Shown here one piece after another: positions 13,208 through 26,999 of a stretch of DNA of 64,000 bases; position 1 is the stretch's first letter; each line of letters begins with the position of its first letter. The notes beneath the pieces are model-generated. The model made no database searches. It was not told where the DNA came from and worked only from the letters and a program-made list of their open reading frames with translations. The stretch is from Haplodiscus bocki (lineage: Eukaryota): contig OZ296649.1 of the NCBI GenBank assembly GCA_965655095.1, forward strand, positions 52,266,001 through 52,330,000, written 5' to 3'. The position numbers and the translations under genes were made by a program.

Positions 13208-16200
13208 ATTTCTTTTTGGATAAAAGGAGTTGGCAATCTTAGACCGAACAGAAAGAAAAGCGACCCTACTGAATGAACAAATTTTCTTGCATAATACATA
13301 TGCGGCGAAAAATAAAATATCTTTATTTCAACTCTTTGAGGTAACATCCATATTCAAGAACGATATCAAAAAAAAAAACATGTGGACTTACGTAGACCAA
13401 AGACTTGTGGATTTTCTGAACACTTGAGCGCATTCAGACTTGCTCGTTAAAATCAAATGAAGACTTTTTTGATTTTGAAAAATCAAATTCAATTGGTGCT
13501 GGAAGTTTTGTCTATAAAGATCAAAAAGGAAAAAGAATTAATCATATGGATTTACAAAATGTTGTTGCAGCTATGAAACCTTCTGCATTGTAAGCCTTCT
13601 TTGATAAAATCAAAAAGAAGAGTTTATTCATCTTGTCTCTTCGAATTTTTTCTTCCAACTCCTAGAAGGTAACTTTTGTGACTAAACATGATAACCGAAA
13701 AAAACTCTCACGTGCACCTAACAAAATTTGTACTTTTTCTGAAACATTCTGTGTTGCAGTACTAGTTCCAAATACAAAGTAGTAACGTAAAAACTGCATA
13801 TTTCAAACGCGTGAAAAAATGTCATCTGAATTTTCCTATGGTTTTTTTACAATGTCTATACCAGTATTAGATCACAAGGCTAAAACACCATCAATTGTGA
13901 CGTTCCCGAATCTTTAGAGTTGTGATACTCTTTGGACTATTCCAGAACGAGAACAATGTATCCAGTTTCTGACATGGCAATGAGTTGGACCGTAAAAAAA
14001 CATTGGCTGGTAAAAACCAGGAATGCCCCGGTAAACTTCGCTACGAACGCGAAAAAACACTTGTTTCCGATTTCCTTTTGGCACAATATCCCAGTTGGGC
14101 AAAATGAAATTACCGGAATTTTCGCCCCGCTTTTCAGAAACGCTTCTTTTATCGAACCTTGAATGTTTTTTTTTGTAATTTAGGAACTTGGAAAATACAA
14201 CAACCTTCACGCAAATTGCAAAGACTGTAACCTAAATCTTGTCTGAAGCAAGCAAAGTCTCGCTCAAAACTATTCTTTTGAACAAAAATTTACACCTACT
14301 GTTTGCTCCAACAAGTCTACTGTTTTTTTGAACAATACAAAATGCCTGAAAAAGAAAAAACTAACAGTTGGATCATGCCTGACGTATGTTAGACATTCAA
14401 TTACCCGAGAAACCGAGAAATTGCAAAATGACAAAAAACCCGATACCAACAAGTTGAAATCACAACAATTAGGACGTTCCCAGAGAAGAAGCAAAATTTT
14501 TGTAAGCAATTTTTCAGAAAAAGTTTGATTGAAACTAGTTTTAAAGTGAACCAAAAGAACCCCACAAAAACACTAAACTCCAATATCAAAGAGCAGTTGT
14601 TTCCAATTCAGCTGTATACGATCTTGAAAACAATGACAGTACTCATTTGGATTTTTTTGATGCACGCCAGTTTTTTCAGTCAATCGTTTAATCTAATAGT
14701 CAAGCTTCAACAATACAATGAATCTTTGGAAATGTTATTAGAGATTGGATTTTATAACCTTGACGTTGAGTAATTTTCAAAGAAAAATAGTGTTGGATGA
14801 CGTTTATTCTGAACAAAGACTCATCATTGTCTTTCAGGATTCCAATTTTCTGCATGAAGCGAAGAAGGGAGCTAGATTGCAATCGGTGTTTTTACCAGTT
14901 CCACAACCAGTTACCAGGGAAACCAGAAAACCGGAATTTGTACTCATTATTCAGAACAGCATCAGTTTGCTTCGCAAAAGTTCCTCGTGTACATTTTAAA
15001 AAACTGGAAACAAAATAAAAATACATAGGCGCAAGCAAACAGTTAAGAAAAAGGAAGAAAAAAACGTTGGTAGAAGTGTGAAGTCGTGATTGCCAGTGAA
15101 TTTTTGTGCCGAAGATGCTAGGATGAGTAAGTTTTGTAGTATTTAACACTGGTTCCCAAATTAAGCAATCAGCAAAACACGGGAGTAATTCTCGGAGTTC
15201 GGTTTTTAAATTTGAACAGGTGACAAGTTTTTCAAATGATAGTAATGAATTGAACACTTATTGATTTTTGAACAAAACGATAGAACACTCGGCTACTTAT
15301 AAACTTCCGACACGTCCTAAAGAAGGAGTGACTACAATTTAAAATGTGGAGGGGATTCCCTGGAGCTTCTTAGATCAAGGAAAACCATTGATAACCTAGG
15401 AACAAGAAAAAACGGTAAGGTTTCCACATAACCATCTAAAGTTCAATCTCAAGCAAAAATTATTTGTAGATACTACCCAAATGAAGTGTAAAAATTGAAA
15501 CTGGACAAATAGTCTGGGTGTATTGTACGCTTTTATTGTAAGCTTATATATCCCAGAATTGCAAAGGCAAAAAGTCCAAAAGTTTTAACCATTGTGAGAG
15601 ATTTTTCAAGATTGGAGACTTTTCAGGATATAGCGACAAGAGCATCTTTGCTAATGACAAAAGCCATTCATGAGGAGAAAACTAGAGACATTTTTCTGAG
15701 AAACCGTTGGCTTTATGAGACTAGCTAAAGAACATAAGGAGAAATAACTGACGCATTTTAGAAGACTGACAAGGAATATTTCGAGAAAAACAAAATTGGT
15801 GCGCAAGGATTACCATTCGGAATAACTTTTGACGGTTTTCGACGCATGAAGTTTCTTTGGTTAATGAGAGGTGCCAATTTTTATCCCCTAGTAACTTCTG
15901 GTTCAAGTCAGACAGTTTTTCTTAGGTTTTTCGGTGATTGAAAGTTACGATTCACCTATTACTGATTCTTTTCTAGCTTTTTAATCAAATTTTGTTTTTT
16001 TGGGGGGGGGCAGCTATGTCCGGACACTACTAAAAAACTTGATTACTGTAATAAAAGCGGAAACTCCTGTTTTTACCTAATAGTTTGGGCCACAAAGTTT
16101 CCGAAAATTTTGTCTCCGAAACAAACTGAAGTTGAGCTTATTAGCCTTTTGAAATTTTTTGAACCTTCAATCCTGTCCTGAAAGCCAGGACTTAAAAAGA

Positions 16201-16873
16201 GACCGGTTTAACATTGCAATAACAAAGGTATTCTAACGTTTCATACACAACGTTTTATTTGCAATAAAAGACTTTTTTATAAGTTCTGTTCTAAAAAATC
16301 CAATTCCACTTTTTTTGAAAACATTTTGAAAAGCTGGATTTTTGTGAAATCGGTGAAGCAACGGCAATTCAGTCAAAGAATGATGGCACAAGTTTTTGTT
16401 AATTGGGAAACCCATGCCGCGAGCTTAGCACATAGCCCTTAGTCTGTCTGTTTTCTTTTTACTTCTAAATCCTGACTTCTCAAAAACTCTAAAAAAATTC
16501 TCAATAAATACATCAAGGTTTTCACAATCCTATTTTTCTATAACTAAGAGCTTGAAAGTTTCCAGCTAGTGCTAAAAGGATACCTTTTTTGGGGAAAGTT
16601 ATTCAGCATAAACATGTTTGGTTTTGATCTAAGCGTCGGAATCTTGATTGTCAAAAACTGCCACAAGACGAAAATAATTTTGACGAGAACTCTACATTCA
16701 GATTTCTATTTCTCCGCAACTTTTGACTAGACATCCTCCATCAAGGTATTGACTCACAGCATGTTGTATGTAAGAGAGTCATCCAAACTATTCATTTTCG
16801 AACATTCAACACAATTTCCACGATAGCCGAAAATGCAGAGAATTTTAACTGTTTTTGTTGTTCTTGTTTCTTC

Positions 16874-19740
16874 CGTCGAAAAATTTTTTTCCAAAGGAAA
16901 ATGTTCAACTCAGTGTTTGGCGTTTTTTTCCTTTTCCTGAAAATGCCGATGATGCGCAGAGTTCAAGTCTGCAGAGTTGGCGTCTTGTGTAACACAAGTG
17001 TCAGGTGTCACTGCACTTCGCAAGCCAAAGGTGGCGGGTTCAAATCCCGCAATCAACCATATTTTTTTACGTTTTTTAGATACTCGCTAGAAAGTTCCTA
17101 TTTTTTATCCACAAAATTTAGAGTTTTATTGACAAAAATTTAGCGTTTTTGGTATATATCCTTCTTATCTCAAAAATTACCCCTTTCTAGACGCAACTGA
17201 AACAAATGTTTTTTTTTCAAAACTTTATTGAAAAATCGAGGAAAATTTATCGATTTTCTTAAAAAACCGAAAAAAACTTATAAATCACAAGTCTGTCAAA
17301 AATCTGTTAAAGTTTAGTTATGAATTTACATATTCCTAGGATTTTTTCAAGTTTTCAGGTAGTAAAGTTTCTCTACCATATTCATCCAAATGCATAAATG
17401 AAATCTCTTTGAAACATTATCTATTCCAGTACTTCTTTCAGTAATATCAACTTTGAGATAACGCCAAAAAGACAGAATGGTATTGAATTTTTTTTATATC
17501 AAAACTCACTTTTCTGCAAAAAGACAACAATAAGTTTCTAATCAATGTCTCAATTGGATAGTTTCTATTCGTAGTGAACTGTGTCAGTAAAGAAGTAGCG
17601 TTTTTGTTCCTTGCATAAGAATCCTGAGCCAAAGAAATAAAAAAAGTGCAAATTGTAATGATTTTTATCGATTTTTAAACACTTACTTCTCTTCAACTAT
17701 ACGCTTGATTTGTTTCATCGAAATGCCAATCGAAAGCCTGACATTTGTAGAAGATGATTCGGTTGAGAATTTTTTTTGTAACCCTTCCATCATAATCCCG
17801 ACAGTAGGAATGTTTAGGAAATCTTCAATACCATGGTTTTGTTTCGATAAACAAACTCATGTTTCTCAGTAACTACAGCTATTATCCCTGCAACCAAAGT
17901 CTCCGTCGAACACCTTCCGTTTGTGAACGACGATTCAACTAACAAACTTTTTGTTTTGATCCGTACATCGGAATCGTGACAGTCCAAATGTTCCAAAAAG
18001 TGTAATTTATTTCGATTTCGCTCGATTTTCGAACTTTTAATTCTGAGCCACCACCAGTTAGTTTTGCTCCATCAAAAACCCAATCGAAAACACAGCACTT
18101 GCAGACGAGGATTCAACTAAAAATCATTGTTTTTCTCTCTTGCATCAGTATTTTGATAGTCCGGATCTTCCAAAGAAAACATTTTGTTTTTAATTTTTCA
18201 GGACATTCAAACTCATATTTCACCAGAACCATTGGCTTTATCGCTTCGGTCACGGCCGGCATCGGAAAAATTGTAGTTTTAGAGAGGTTTTCGATGGGAG
18301 AATTGGCGATTTGTGTTCCTTGCATCAGTGACTTGACGGTCCGAAATTTCCAGGAAGTGCTACTTTTTACGATTTCGCTTTATTTTGAAACTTGTATTCC
18401 TTAACCACAACCAATACAAAATCCCCCGTCATGAACTCAGTTTTAAAAAATACCACTTGTAAAGGAGTATTGAGTTGAAAAACCGTTGATTTTGTTCGTT
18501 GAATCAGAGTCCTGATAGTCCAAAATTTCCAAAAAAGCCTCTTATCATTAGTTTTTCTAGACATTCAAACTCCTCTTCTTTTGTCAGCCCTAACCACAGG
18601 CTTCATTTCTTCCATCAAAGTCTCAATGAAAAACTTTTTACTTGTGAAAATATTCGCGATGGTAATTCTGTTGATTTTGTTCCTTACGTTGGATTACTGA
18701 TCTTCCGATATTCCAAATAATTTTTTAAGGTTTCATTTCTATATTGAAACTCTTATTTCTCAGTAACGAGAGGTTTGGTATATTCCATCTTGGTGTCTTC
18801 CAAAAATTGAAACTCGTGGAAATTTTTTGACAAAGCAAACCATTGATTTTTTCCTCGCACCAGAAGGCTGATAGTCCGAAAATTCGAAAATGTGCTATTA
18901 CATTTGATTTATCTCGGGATGCAAAGTCAACTTTGACCGCAACTACAGGCTTCATGTTTTCCACCATAATCACAATCAAAGAGTTTCCGCTTTTGAGGAG
19001 TATTAGTGGTAAGTACTAATTATCCTTTTTCTTTACATGCAATTGACTTCTGATAGTCCAAAAAAGTCAAGAAGTTAATCTCAATATAGAGTCTTTTTGA
19101 TTTTCAAAGCCAGGTTTCCACATAATTACTAACTTGATGTCTTCATTCAAAGTATTAATCTAATGCTTCCTACTTGAGCTTGAAAAATTGATCAAAAAAA
19201 CGTTGAATTTGTACCCTTCTGTGAAATCCTGAAAGACTACAGCTACCAGAAAGTGCATTTAGTTTTGACGCAAATCGGTATTCAAATTTTTACTACTTCA
19301 ACTCTACCTGTTTCATTTTTTCATTAAGGTGTCAATCTCGATAGCTTTATACCTGAAGCAAACTGTTCTTTTCTAAGCTTCTCCAAATATCTCTACATCT
19401 GAATTGGAATCTTGATTGCCCAGAAGTTGCAAAAGTGATTTTAGTACAAACATGTCTCGAAAATCCAACTCGTCCTTCTCGAAACTTACAGCTGTGAATT
19501 ATTGTGTCAGATTATGAATCGACGCTTTCATACTACTACACGACTCTTACACTCAAAAATTTCTGGTTTCTTTTCTTACATTGGCTTGAAATCTTTCATC
19601 AAGGTCTCCATTGAAACTATTTTCTTTCAAAATTGCGTTTTTTTTTAAAAAAAAGTCAATTGTTGTATGTTCTATCAGTTATTTCCGTGCCACCTGGATG
19701 GAAAACATTGCAGAGCAACTGTGCTTCTCGTTGATTTTCG
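16874..19740 (+). repeat. Composite dispersed repeat, copy 1: tRNA-like head plus ~12 degenerate ~178-bp tandem units
   Basis: T-arm gcggg-ttcaaat-cccgc at 17034-17050; tccttgcatcggaatcctgatagtccgaaa-like core at ~17607, 17782, 17960, 18138, 18317, 18495, 18680, 18851, 19030, 19213, 19391 and 19574. Both ends are homologous to 41308-43650. Confidence 0.8.
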
Positions 19741-22700
19741 AACTCATAACTTTCCATAGTTCTTCTAGAAGATCACACAGCTAGCGCAGGTAAAACACAT
19801 TTTCAAAATGAGCTACTTGCAATAGAAAATTGCAAATTATGGAAACAAACAAGAAAGAATAGAGGCTTGATTTCTTCCAACATTGTCTCGAATCAAAAAC
19901 TACTTGTTATATGTTCGATCAATCATTTCTTCACCCATTTGACGGAAAACAGGCAGTGCAACTGCATCATTTGTTTTAGTTGTTGAATTATTTTATAGAG
20001 TATGTGGAGGAATTGTATCACAGATTTTCATCAAGTAAATGACACCAGGTGAAAATTTTTGTTCAATAAGTAAACTAAAAATCAGCAATGGAGCGCAATT
20101 TCAAAAAAAGATGGAGTGTTTTGAATTAAAACGGAACAATTTTAGAGCTCTTTAGGATGTCTCTTTATTCTGTATGTGATTGTCAAAAACAAACAAACTT
20201 CAGTCTATGTTAAAAAAAACGATTTGAGCGGTTAATTAAATGGGAAGACAGTTTCGAAACTACTTCGGCCATTATTTTATTTTTGTTTCTTTTTTTGGAC
20301 CGTTAGTTCTGAACATTGAACACTGAGCAGAAGCCAAATTTCGTACCACAAACTGACTCCTCATTTCAAGATATATACGACATTGAACAGGCAAAGGTCC
20401 TGAGAGACTTTTGAAAACATGATCGGAGATGTGATTGATACTTACTGAATCTTACACCAGCTGTCAGTCAAGAGATTTTTCGAAGAAAGCATAATGACAG
20501 AGGTACTTGCTACACTACATCGAGTTCAAAAACCTTGCATGTGCAGGTTATGCTTCTTTGTTGCTCGTTGTTTATGAAGTTTACACAGTAAATGTGAAAA
20601 TGAATAAATGCCCGATAAACAGAGGCTTTGTTGACTTTTTACATTAAAGTACTGGGCTTTCTGTAATGTCAGAAAATGCAAGCTATGGACGATATATCAA
20701 GATAGGGTAAACACGACGTGCGATTTCATTTCGTGCCTAGTGAGGACAATACTAAGTAATTCATCAAAATACTACTAAACTCCGTTAGCAAGATTTTTTA
20801 CGCATTTCCAAAACTAGATAGGCTAAATAATGTGTGAAACAATGTAGGGCTTGTTCTCAAAACCAGAAACACTCAATTTTCATAGAATTTTCTGCTAGCA
20901 TCAGCATTTTTTACCCTTGTTAAGCTTCAAGGCAGATAAGGAGCAGCAACTTAGCAAAATTTAGGTAGTTAGCCCTCGCTGAAGCAACAAAACTGTCGTG
21001 AGGAAATCATTTCGCAATCAATAAATTTCGACTGAAATGGTTACTTTCCGGAAGAGTTTTCCGACTTTTGGAATGCTCTTCCAGCAGCTACGGTTGTTAT
21101 TCTGTACAAGTGGTAATTGGCTATGCAAAGGGTTCACAACTTCAGTAGGCTGCGAAAGACAAATGTTTCACTTGATTTTGAAGTTTTGTTATTTTGGGGC
21201 AGAAACTCAAAATTTTTACCGAATGGAGACATCTTTGCGACGGATTAAGGATTGTCAGACATGGTACAAGAACATTTTACGTCATGTGTACTCCTCCTTA
21301 ATCGGTGTGAGGTACCGTGGCAAGGTCGCGGGCTCGAAGTTACCAATGAAAACCCTGTTTCTGACTCGGAAACACCCTTCGCCAAAAACACTTGACTCCG
21401 AAACTTTTTGGAGAACTCATTAGGCCCAAAAAAGTTGGGAACATTTCAGTACTGTCAGCGAAGAAAACTGTTCTGATACCAAACTTATGTACTGAATGTT
21501 CTTGTTGTCGACACATGTCACGGAATCTGCGAAAAAGCGAAAACAAAACATAGGTGAAAATAACGTTGCTCATAGGCCGAGTGGAAACTCGACCGAAAGC
21601 ACACCAGTCATTGAAACCGCAGTTGATAAGTACTTGAAGCATCTCAATTACAGACCATATTAAAAAATGAAAGCCTTGAAAATTCCCATAGTGTCGGTAT
21701 CAAAAACTTTGGCCTGAAGCGATCGTCAAAGTAATCTCAACTTTGCATTAATCTGGTCACAGGCGATTTAGCAGCAGTTGGAGGTAAAACATTTCGCTGA
21801 ATACTGTGAAAGAAATCGACAGAAAAATGCTCGACTAACATGTTTTTCGGGAGTGAAAATTTGGAGTGAAAAACTTGCACGATAGCTTCAAAACAATGGA
21901 TAATTTTCTAACCACTTCTAAAACTCCAGTTGCAGAATAGAAATTAAGGTCAACATTTTTACTGAAAATTTCTGCACCAAAAATCTGCATTAAAAAATCA
22001 TTTTCGCCGAGATGAATTTTGATATCGAAAATCCGGAACCTGCTGCTCTATCGAGAACAGCTTTTGTAACAAATACTCGAAAAGCATGGAGTTCCACACA
22101 TGTAAGAGCGAGGTACTTTTAACCCAAGCTACTATGAAAGTAAACTATTTGCTTTTCCAAAGTTAGTTCGCAAAAGAAACCGTGAAGACGAAAAAATTTC
22201 GAAACTTTTTCCGACGAAAATGTACGTTTCCTTCTCGAACTTTTGAAAGCAGTATTGTGGTAACTGCAATATGTTAGAATCTATGAGCTGAGGATAAACG
22301 GATGTCTCAAAATCTTGCGAAAAATAACGCAAACTGTAGGGTTGTCCCGTGTCACTCGAAGCTTCAAAAAAAACGACTTAAGGGCATTTTCGTTTCTTGA
22401 AAACCCAAAACAAAGCACAAGCCGGTCTCCAATACACTTTCTTCATTTCAGTCAGAATTCGTATATCCGATGTATGCATACTGTTATCGTCTTAGACAAC
22501 ACTTTTTATTGATGAGATACTGAATGTTTAAAGCGCCAACCAATAAACACTCTGAAATACTACAGGTCCAAAAAGATGGATAGCTTAGACTCAGGTGTTA
22601 CCGGCTTGTTCTTTGGCATTGCTTTCATCCCGAAGAGTTCGAACATGATATCTCACGGATATTCTCCACAATGAATCAATTTCGGTATTTCACTTTTAAT

Positions 22701-23297
22701 TGGCAGCCTCGAGCATCTTTCAACTACAGGGTCATCTGAGCTTCTCGGGTTGACTGGTAGAACAAACTCGTGAAAAATAAGTTTCTTATAACTCTGAGTT
22801 TATTAGAAAATTAATACATTAACAGATTCAATGAAAGCAATATTAAAGATCAAAATAAAGAAGGTTACCAGACTTCCTGCAATTGTCATCCCATAAATGG
22901 CCCCAACTTTTACTGAATGCAAAAATTGCACAAGAAATGAAAAATTGTTACATCTCTTATTTAATCTATCTTATACGAACATTGCTTGTGTAAAAAATAG
23001 TCAAAAGGCACGCCAAATAATTGTCCGTACGTTCTGTATTTTCGGGTGCTTCGATAGACTCCAAGGACATTGTTCATTCAAGTCATCTAACTAGATGACA
23101 TCCATCCGAGGAACGCGCGTGCTTCAAAAACACCATTTTTTGTCCCATTAGTCAAGCTGTCAAGTAGAGCAACTGAGGGCTGGGATCGTCCGGATTGCAA
23201 AGTAGTCCTTAATGTGGAAGTAGATTTTTCATCATCAGATTCATCTTCGTTCAAAATAATTTTCCAATAAAGTAATGTAGTGTTGTGTCTTTGTGTC

Positions 23298-23421
23298 TCA
23301 CACATAGCTTTGTACATTAGCCACTTTGTGCGTAGTCTCTTGTAATCTGGACACCAAGCAGTTAACAGCAACAACACCAGCTCCTGCTCTAGGAACATTT
23401 ATGTCACTGCTTGGCTCCCAC
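23298..23421 (-). CDS. KLHL8: Kelch-like protein 8, last coding exon (12)
   Basis: Acceptor ttttacag; (V)WEPSSDINVPRAGAGVVAVNCLVSRLQETTHKVANVQSYV*; completes Kelch 6; phase matches exon 11. Confidence 0.9.
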
Positions 23422-24579
23422 CTGTAAAAATGAGACTCACCAGTTGTTCAACATGGGCATTTTATGAAGAATTTGAACATATTAATCTACAAATTTACGC
23501 AAAGCACCGAAATATTGTTCAGACGCAAAAGCGCACGCTTTTTCCCCCCACAAATTTTGACAGATTAAGCTACCTTTGGAGTGCTGTGACCCTGTTGTGA
23601 ATATTTAGCAAATAATATCTGGAAAATCTACCAATGAAAAATATTCACCTCTGGCGGATCGGGCCTCGCACATTTTTTGTAGATTTCCCAGATGGAGCCT
23701 ACTATTCGCCCCTATTTCACCTGTTTCAAAAGAATCCACTAATGTCTTAGGAATCCAATGTGACGGACATTCCCGAATTATCATTTGAAACTTGAGCAAC
23801 TAAAAAAAGTTGAAAACACTTTATTTTTGCACTACTATACTACTATATGTTAACCCATGATTTGTCCTTTGCGCCCATACCACCCGTTCTCAAAGCAATC
23901 CGTTTTACCCAAGTACATAGCAGTGGTCACCAAACAGAAATATCACAAATACCAGAGGAGTCATCACTTGTACCTTCGAAGTGTTCCAAAGGTTTTCTCT
24001 TTCCCCCTTTCACTGAACACAAACCAGTCAAAAATCACTGAGTATATTAGTTATTTGGTCTTCGAACCGAAAGACTTCGCCAAGCCACCCACAGGGTGTA
24101 AACACAAATTTACTTGAACTTGACGGCAGTGTCTTTCACCCGTTCTATGGGGTCTATTCTTTATTTTCAAGGGTCTATGTTTTACCTCACTCCCACTCGT
24201 TGAATCAAACTTTCCCAAGTACCAATCAGTTTTGAAAACTGCTAACCAGAAAACCCGATGCGCCCTAGAGAACCATCCACAAAATTCTTTACAGTCAAAA
24301 CCTTCTTGTATATGGGTGATCCCAGTGCTTCACTCATGTTACTTAGGGTCTGTACTTTGAGACCATAGAGCGTCATACGAAAAAGTCCCACAGCACAAAC
24401 TATTCTAATTGATCCGAGTTTCTTTCTTTTCCGATCTCTCACTTTATCCGTTATTCACTGATGTTACTTTTGTGTCAGAATTTGAAACGAAAAAATGAAA
24501 TGCTGAAAATTTTTCCTCTTTAATCAGCCAATTTGAAGTTTCAGGAGCATTGGAATACTTATGCGCAATTTTAACTTAC

Positions 24580-24781
24580 ACATCTCTCAAAGGGTCATAT
24601 GTTTCGACAGTGTCTAGGTAATTGCTGCCGTCATGACCTCCAACAGCGTACAACTTTCCAGCCAGACATGCAAGTCCTACGCCTCCTCTACTCGACAGCA
24701 TAGGAGACAACGAAGTCCATGAATTTGTTTCCGGGTCATAGCACTCTACACACTTCAAAGGAGCATTGTCGTCGAATCCAC
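24580..24781 (-). CDS. KLHL8: Kelch-like protein 8, exon 11
   Basis: ttttcag / gtaagt; GGFDDNAPLKCVECYDP..RGGVGLACLAGKLYAVGGHDGSNYLDTVETYDP. Confidence 0.95.
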
Positions 24782-25354
24782 CTGAAAACAACGATTGAGC
24801 TAACACGGAATTTACTCAGTACTGAAAAGCAAAATTTACTGCGTGCCCAAAGGAAACCAAATTTTCTCTCTCTAATTTACAACATCTTCAGCGCCATCCC
24901 TGTTACAAGCTTTGATGATTGGCTAATAAAGTTTTGTTGAAAACGTTGCCATTCTTCTTGATACTCCGTAGTGCCGTAATTTCATGACCAATATTTTGAG
25001 TCATGTATGTAGCGCAGCACTTATGTGACCATATATCATGCTATCAGCAGTTCCTTTATGTTACCACAAGCATCTGTGATTAGCAAGACTTGCTCCAAAT
25101 AATGCATAGCTATCTCAACTACACAGTGCCTCAATATCAGGAACATTGAATTGCTGCAGAGAATTTGTAGCAAGACAAACTAGGCTACAAATAGTCAGAA
25201 AAAATATATGACCCCGACACACTCGCAGGATCATTACAATGTTCAGATATGTGTTTACTCATTGGCATGTTAATTAAACTGAAGGAATCCGAAGGAGCTG
25301 GATAAAACAGCCAGTTTCAAAATTTTTAAATTCTGGTTAATTGCAATAACATAC

Positions 25355-25514
25355 CAGCAGCAAAGATGCGACCACCGTATACAGCTATTCCAGCTCCAGC
25401 TCGGCGCACGGTCATTGAACTGATTTCAATCCATTTGTTCAGATATGGATCATACTTCTCACAGCAGCTCAACGAGGAAACACCGTCGTTGCCGCCAATA
25501 GCATAAAGATTTCC
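25355..25514 (-). CDS. KLHL8: Kelch-like protein 8, exon 10
   Basis: ttatag / gtatgt; GNLYAIGGNDGVSSLSCCEKYDPYLNKWIEISSMTVRRAGAGIAVYGGRIFAA. Not in the ORF track; read manually. Confidence 0.95.
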
Positions 25515-26999
25515 CTATAAGACCAAAATTTAGCCGAGATAGCACATTTATCCTCAATGTAATGAAGGTGCTCGCCATTTGAACATTCTATGCATATTTT
25601 TTCAAAAAGAGTTATAAGTACTATTATTACTTCACTTTCGCGAGATAATCTCCATTGCAGGGGTGAGTAAAAATTGCATCACAAATTTAATTTTCAAACC
25701 ACTGAAGTAATCCCCGCTATTCAAGTTATATACACAAAGGCGAAGCTTACTTCGCATACACTTCCGACGACAGTGAACAAGGGCCTGGACTTGATGGCAA
25801 AAGACATCAATGCTTTAATTTAATGTCGTTATTTTCAATATGAAAAAATTATACAGAAAAAACGATTCCATTGAAAAAATTCAATGGCAAAAACATCGGT
25901 GTGATATAAGCATTTTCAGTTCCTCCACCGATTTCCTATACTGCGGGATATGGCAGGAGCATAGACTGATCGGAATCCAACCAGTAGCTTTGGAGAAAAA
26001 CAACTTCAAAAGCGGAGCAAAAAAAATCGAAATCGAAACAAGACAAAAAAATACGCGTCACACAAACCGGCTTCTCCAATATTTCCCCATACAGCACGCT
26101 GTTGAATAATCCAACCGGTAATTTTTCACAAAACTTTGAAGAAGGACAAAAAGTAAGTTTTCCGAATTTCAAAACGCAAGTCAAGAAATATGAGACGGGA
26201 CATCCCTACCTCTGTCTAGATTCGCAATTCTGGGTTTTTTTGAGAAAAAGATTGGATATTTGATATCCGAAGAATAAATTACAAGCAATCAAAGTCAAGA
26301 GAAACAAAAACGAACGACACTATCTTCGATTTCTCAAACACAAGTTGAGATAATTCGCAAAACAAAAAAACACCATTCCACCCGCTTGTCGCAAGCTCTC
26401 GGTTGTCAGTAGTTGAATCAGCACTGGATGGACCCAATCCTTCCAGTAGATATCCGGAAAACGACTTTTAACGAGGGACGTATTTTTGAAACATAATGGA
26501 TTTTGCAAAACGTGTTATTTTATTTCGCAATAAAAGTTGAAAATGAACCATCCAGTTTCTCTCAGAAAACTTACAAGAGCTGATGGCTGAACCAGCACCG
26601 GATAAACACAATCCAAGCAAAATTTCTCAAGTAAAAACATCGTTGAATTTCTAAAAATAAGTTGAAATTTTCCGGAAGGAAACTACGAAGCAATAAATTA
26701 ATCACTGCCACTCCATAGTACCACTAGGTAGAAAGAATTCTCATCAGAGCTGAAAAGACTTGATACTAGGCCATGTGCTAAAAATTTCGACATGCAGCGA
26801 CGCAGCATGAAGAAATTTCAACACAAGCAGGAATGTATACTTTGCCAGCGAGACCCACACATGTTGCCGGTTTCGAACGGATCGGAGAAAATTTGTGGTA
26901 GACGATCGTATTCCAAAATACTTGATAGTTGCAGCTGCAACACTGACGCGAAACTGCGCGTCGCAACTCTTGCGAGACAGCTGTTTTCATCTGATAGTG

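Noticed and set aside
13440-16400. Possible exons or pseudogene
   Set aside because: No recognisable domain or phase-consistent splice chain found.
13016-17050. Functional tRNA genes
   Set aside because: Only A/B boxes or a T-arm are recognisable; acceptor and anticodon stems do not pair.
12590-19740. Periodic repeats as a CRISPR-like array
   Set aside because: Whole units are homologous and degenerate, with no identical repeat/unique spacer pattern and no cas genes.
20200-21900. Possible decayed LINE RT on the minus strand
   Set aside because: Only a vague resemblance; no motif can be read with confidence.
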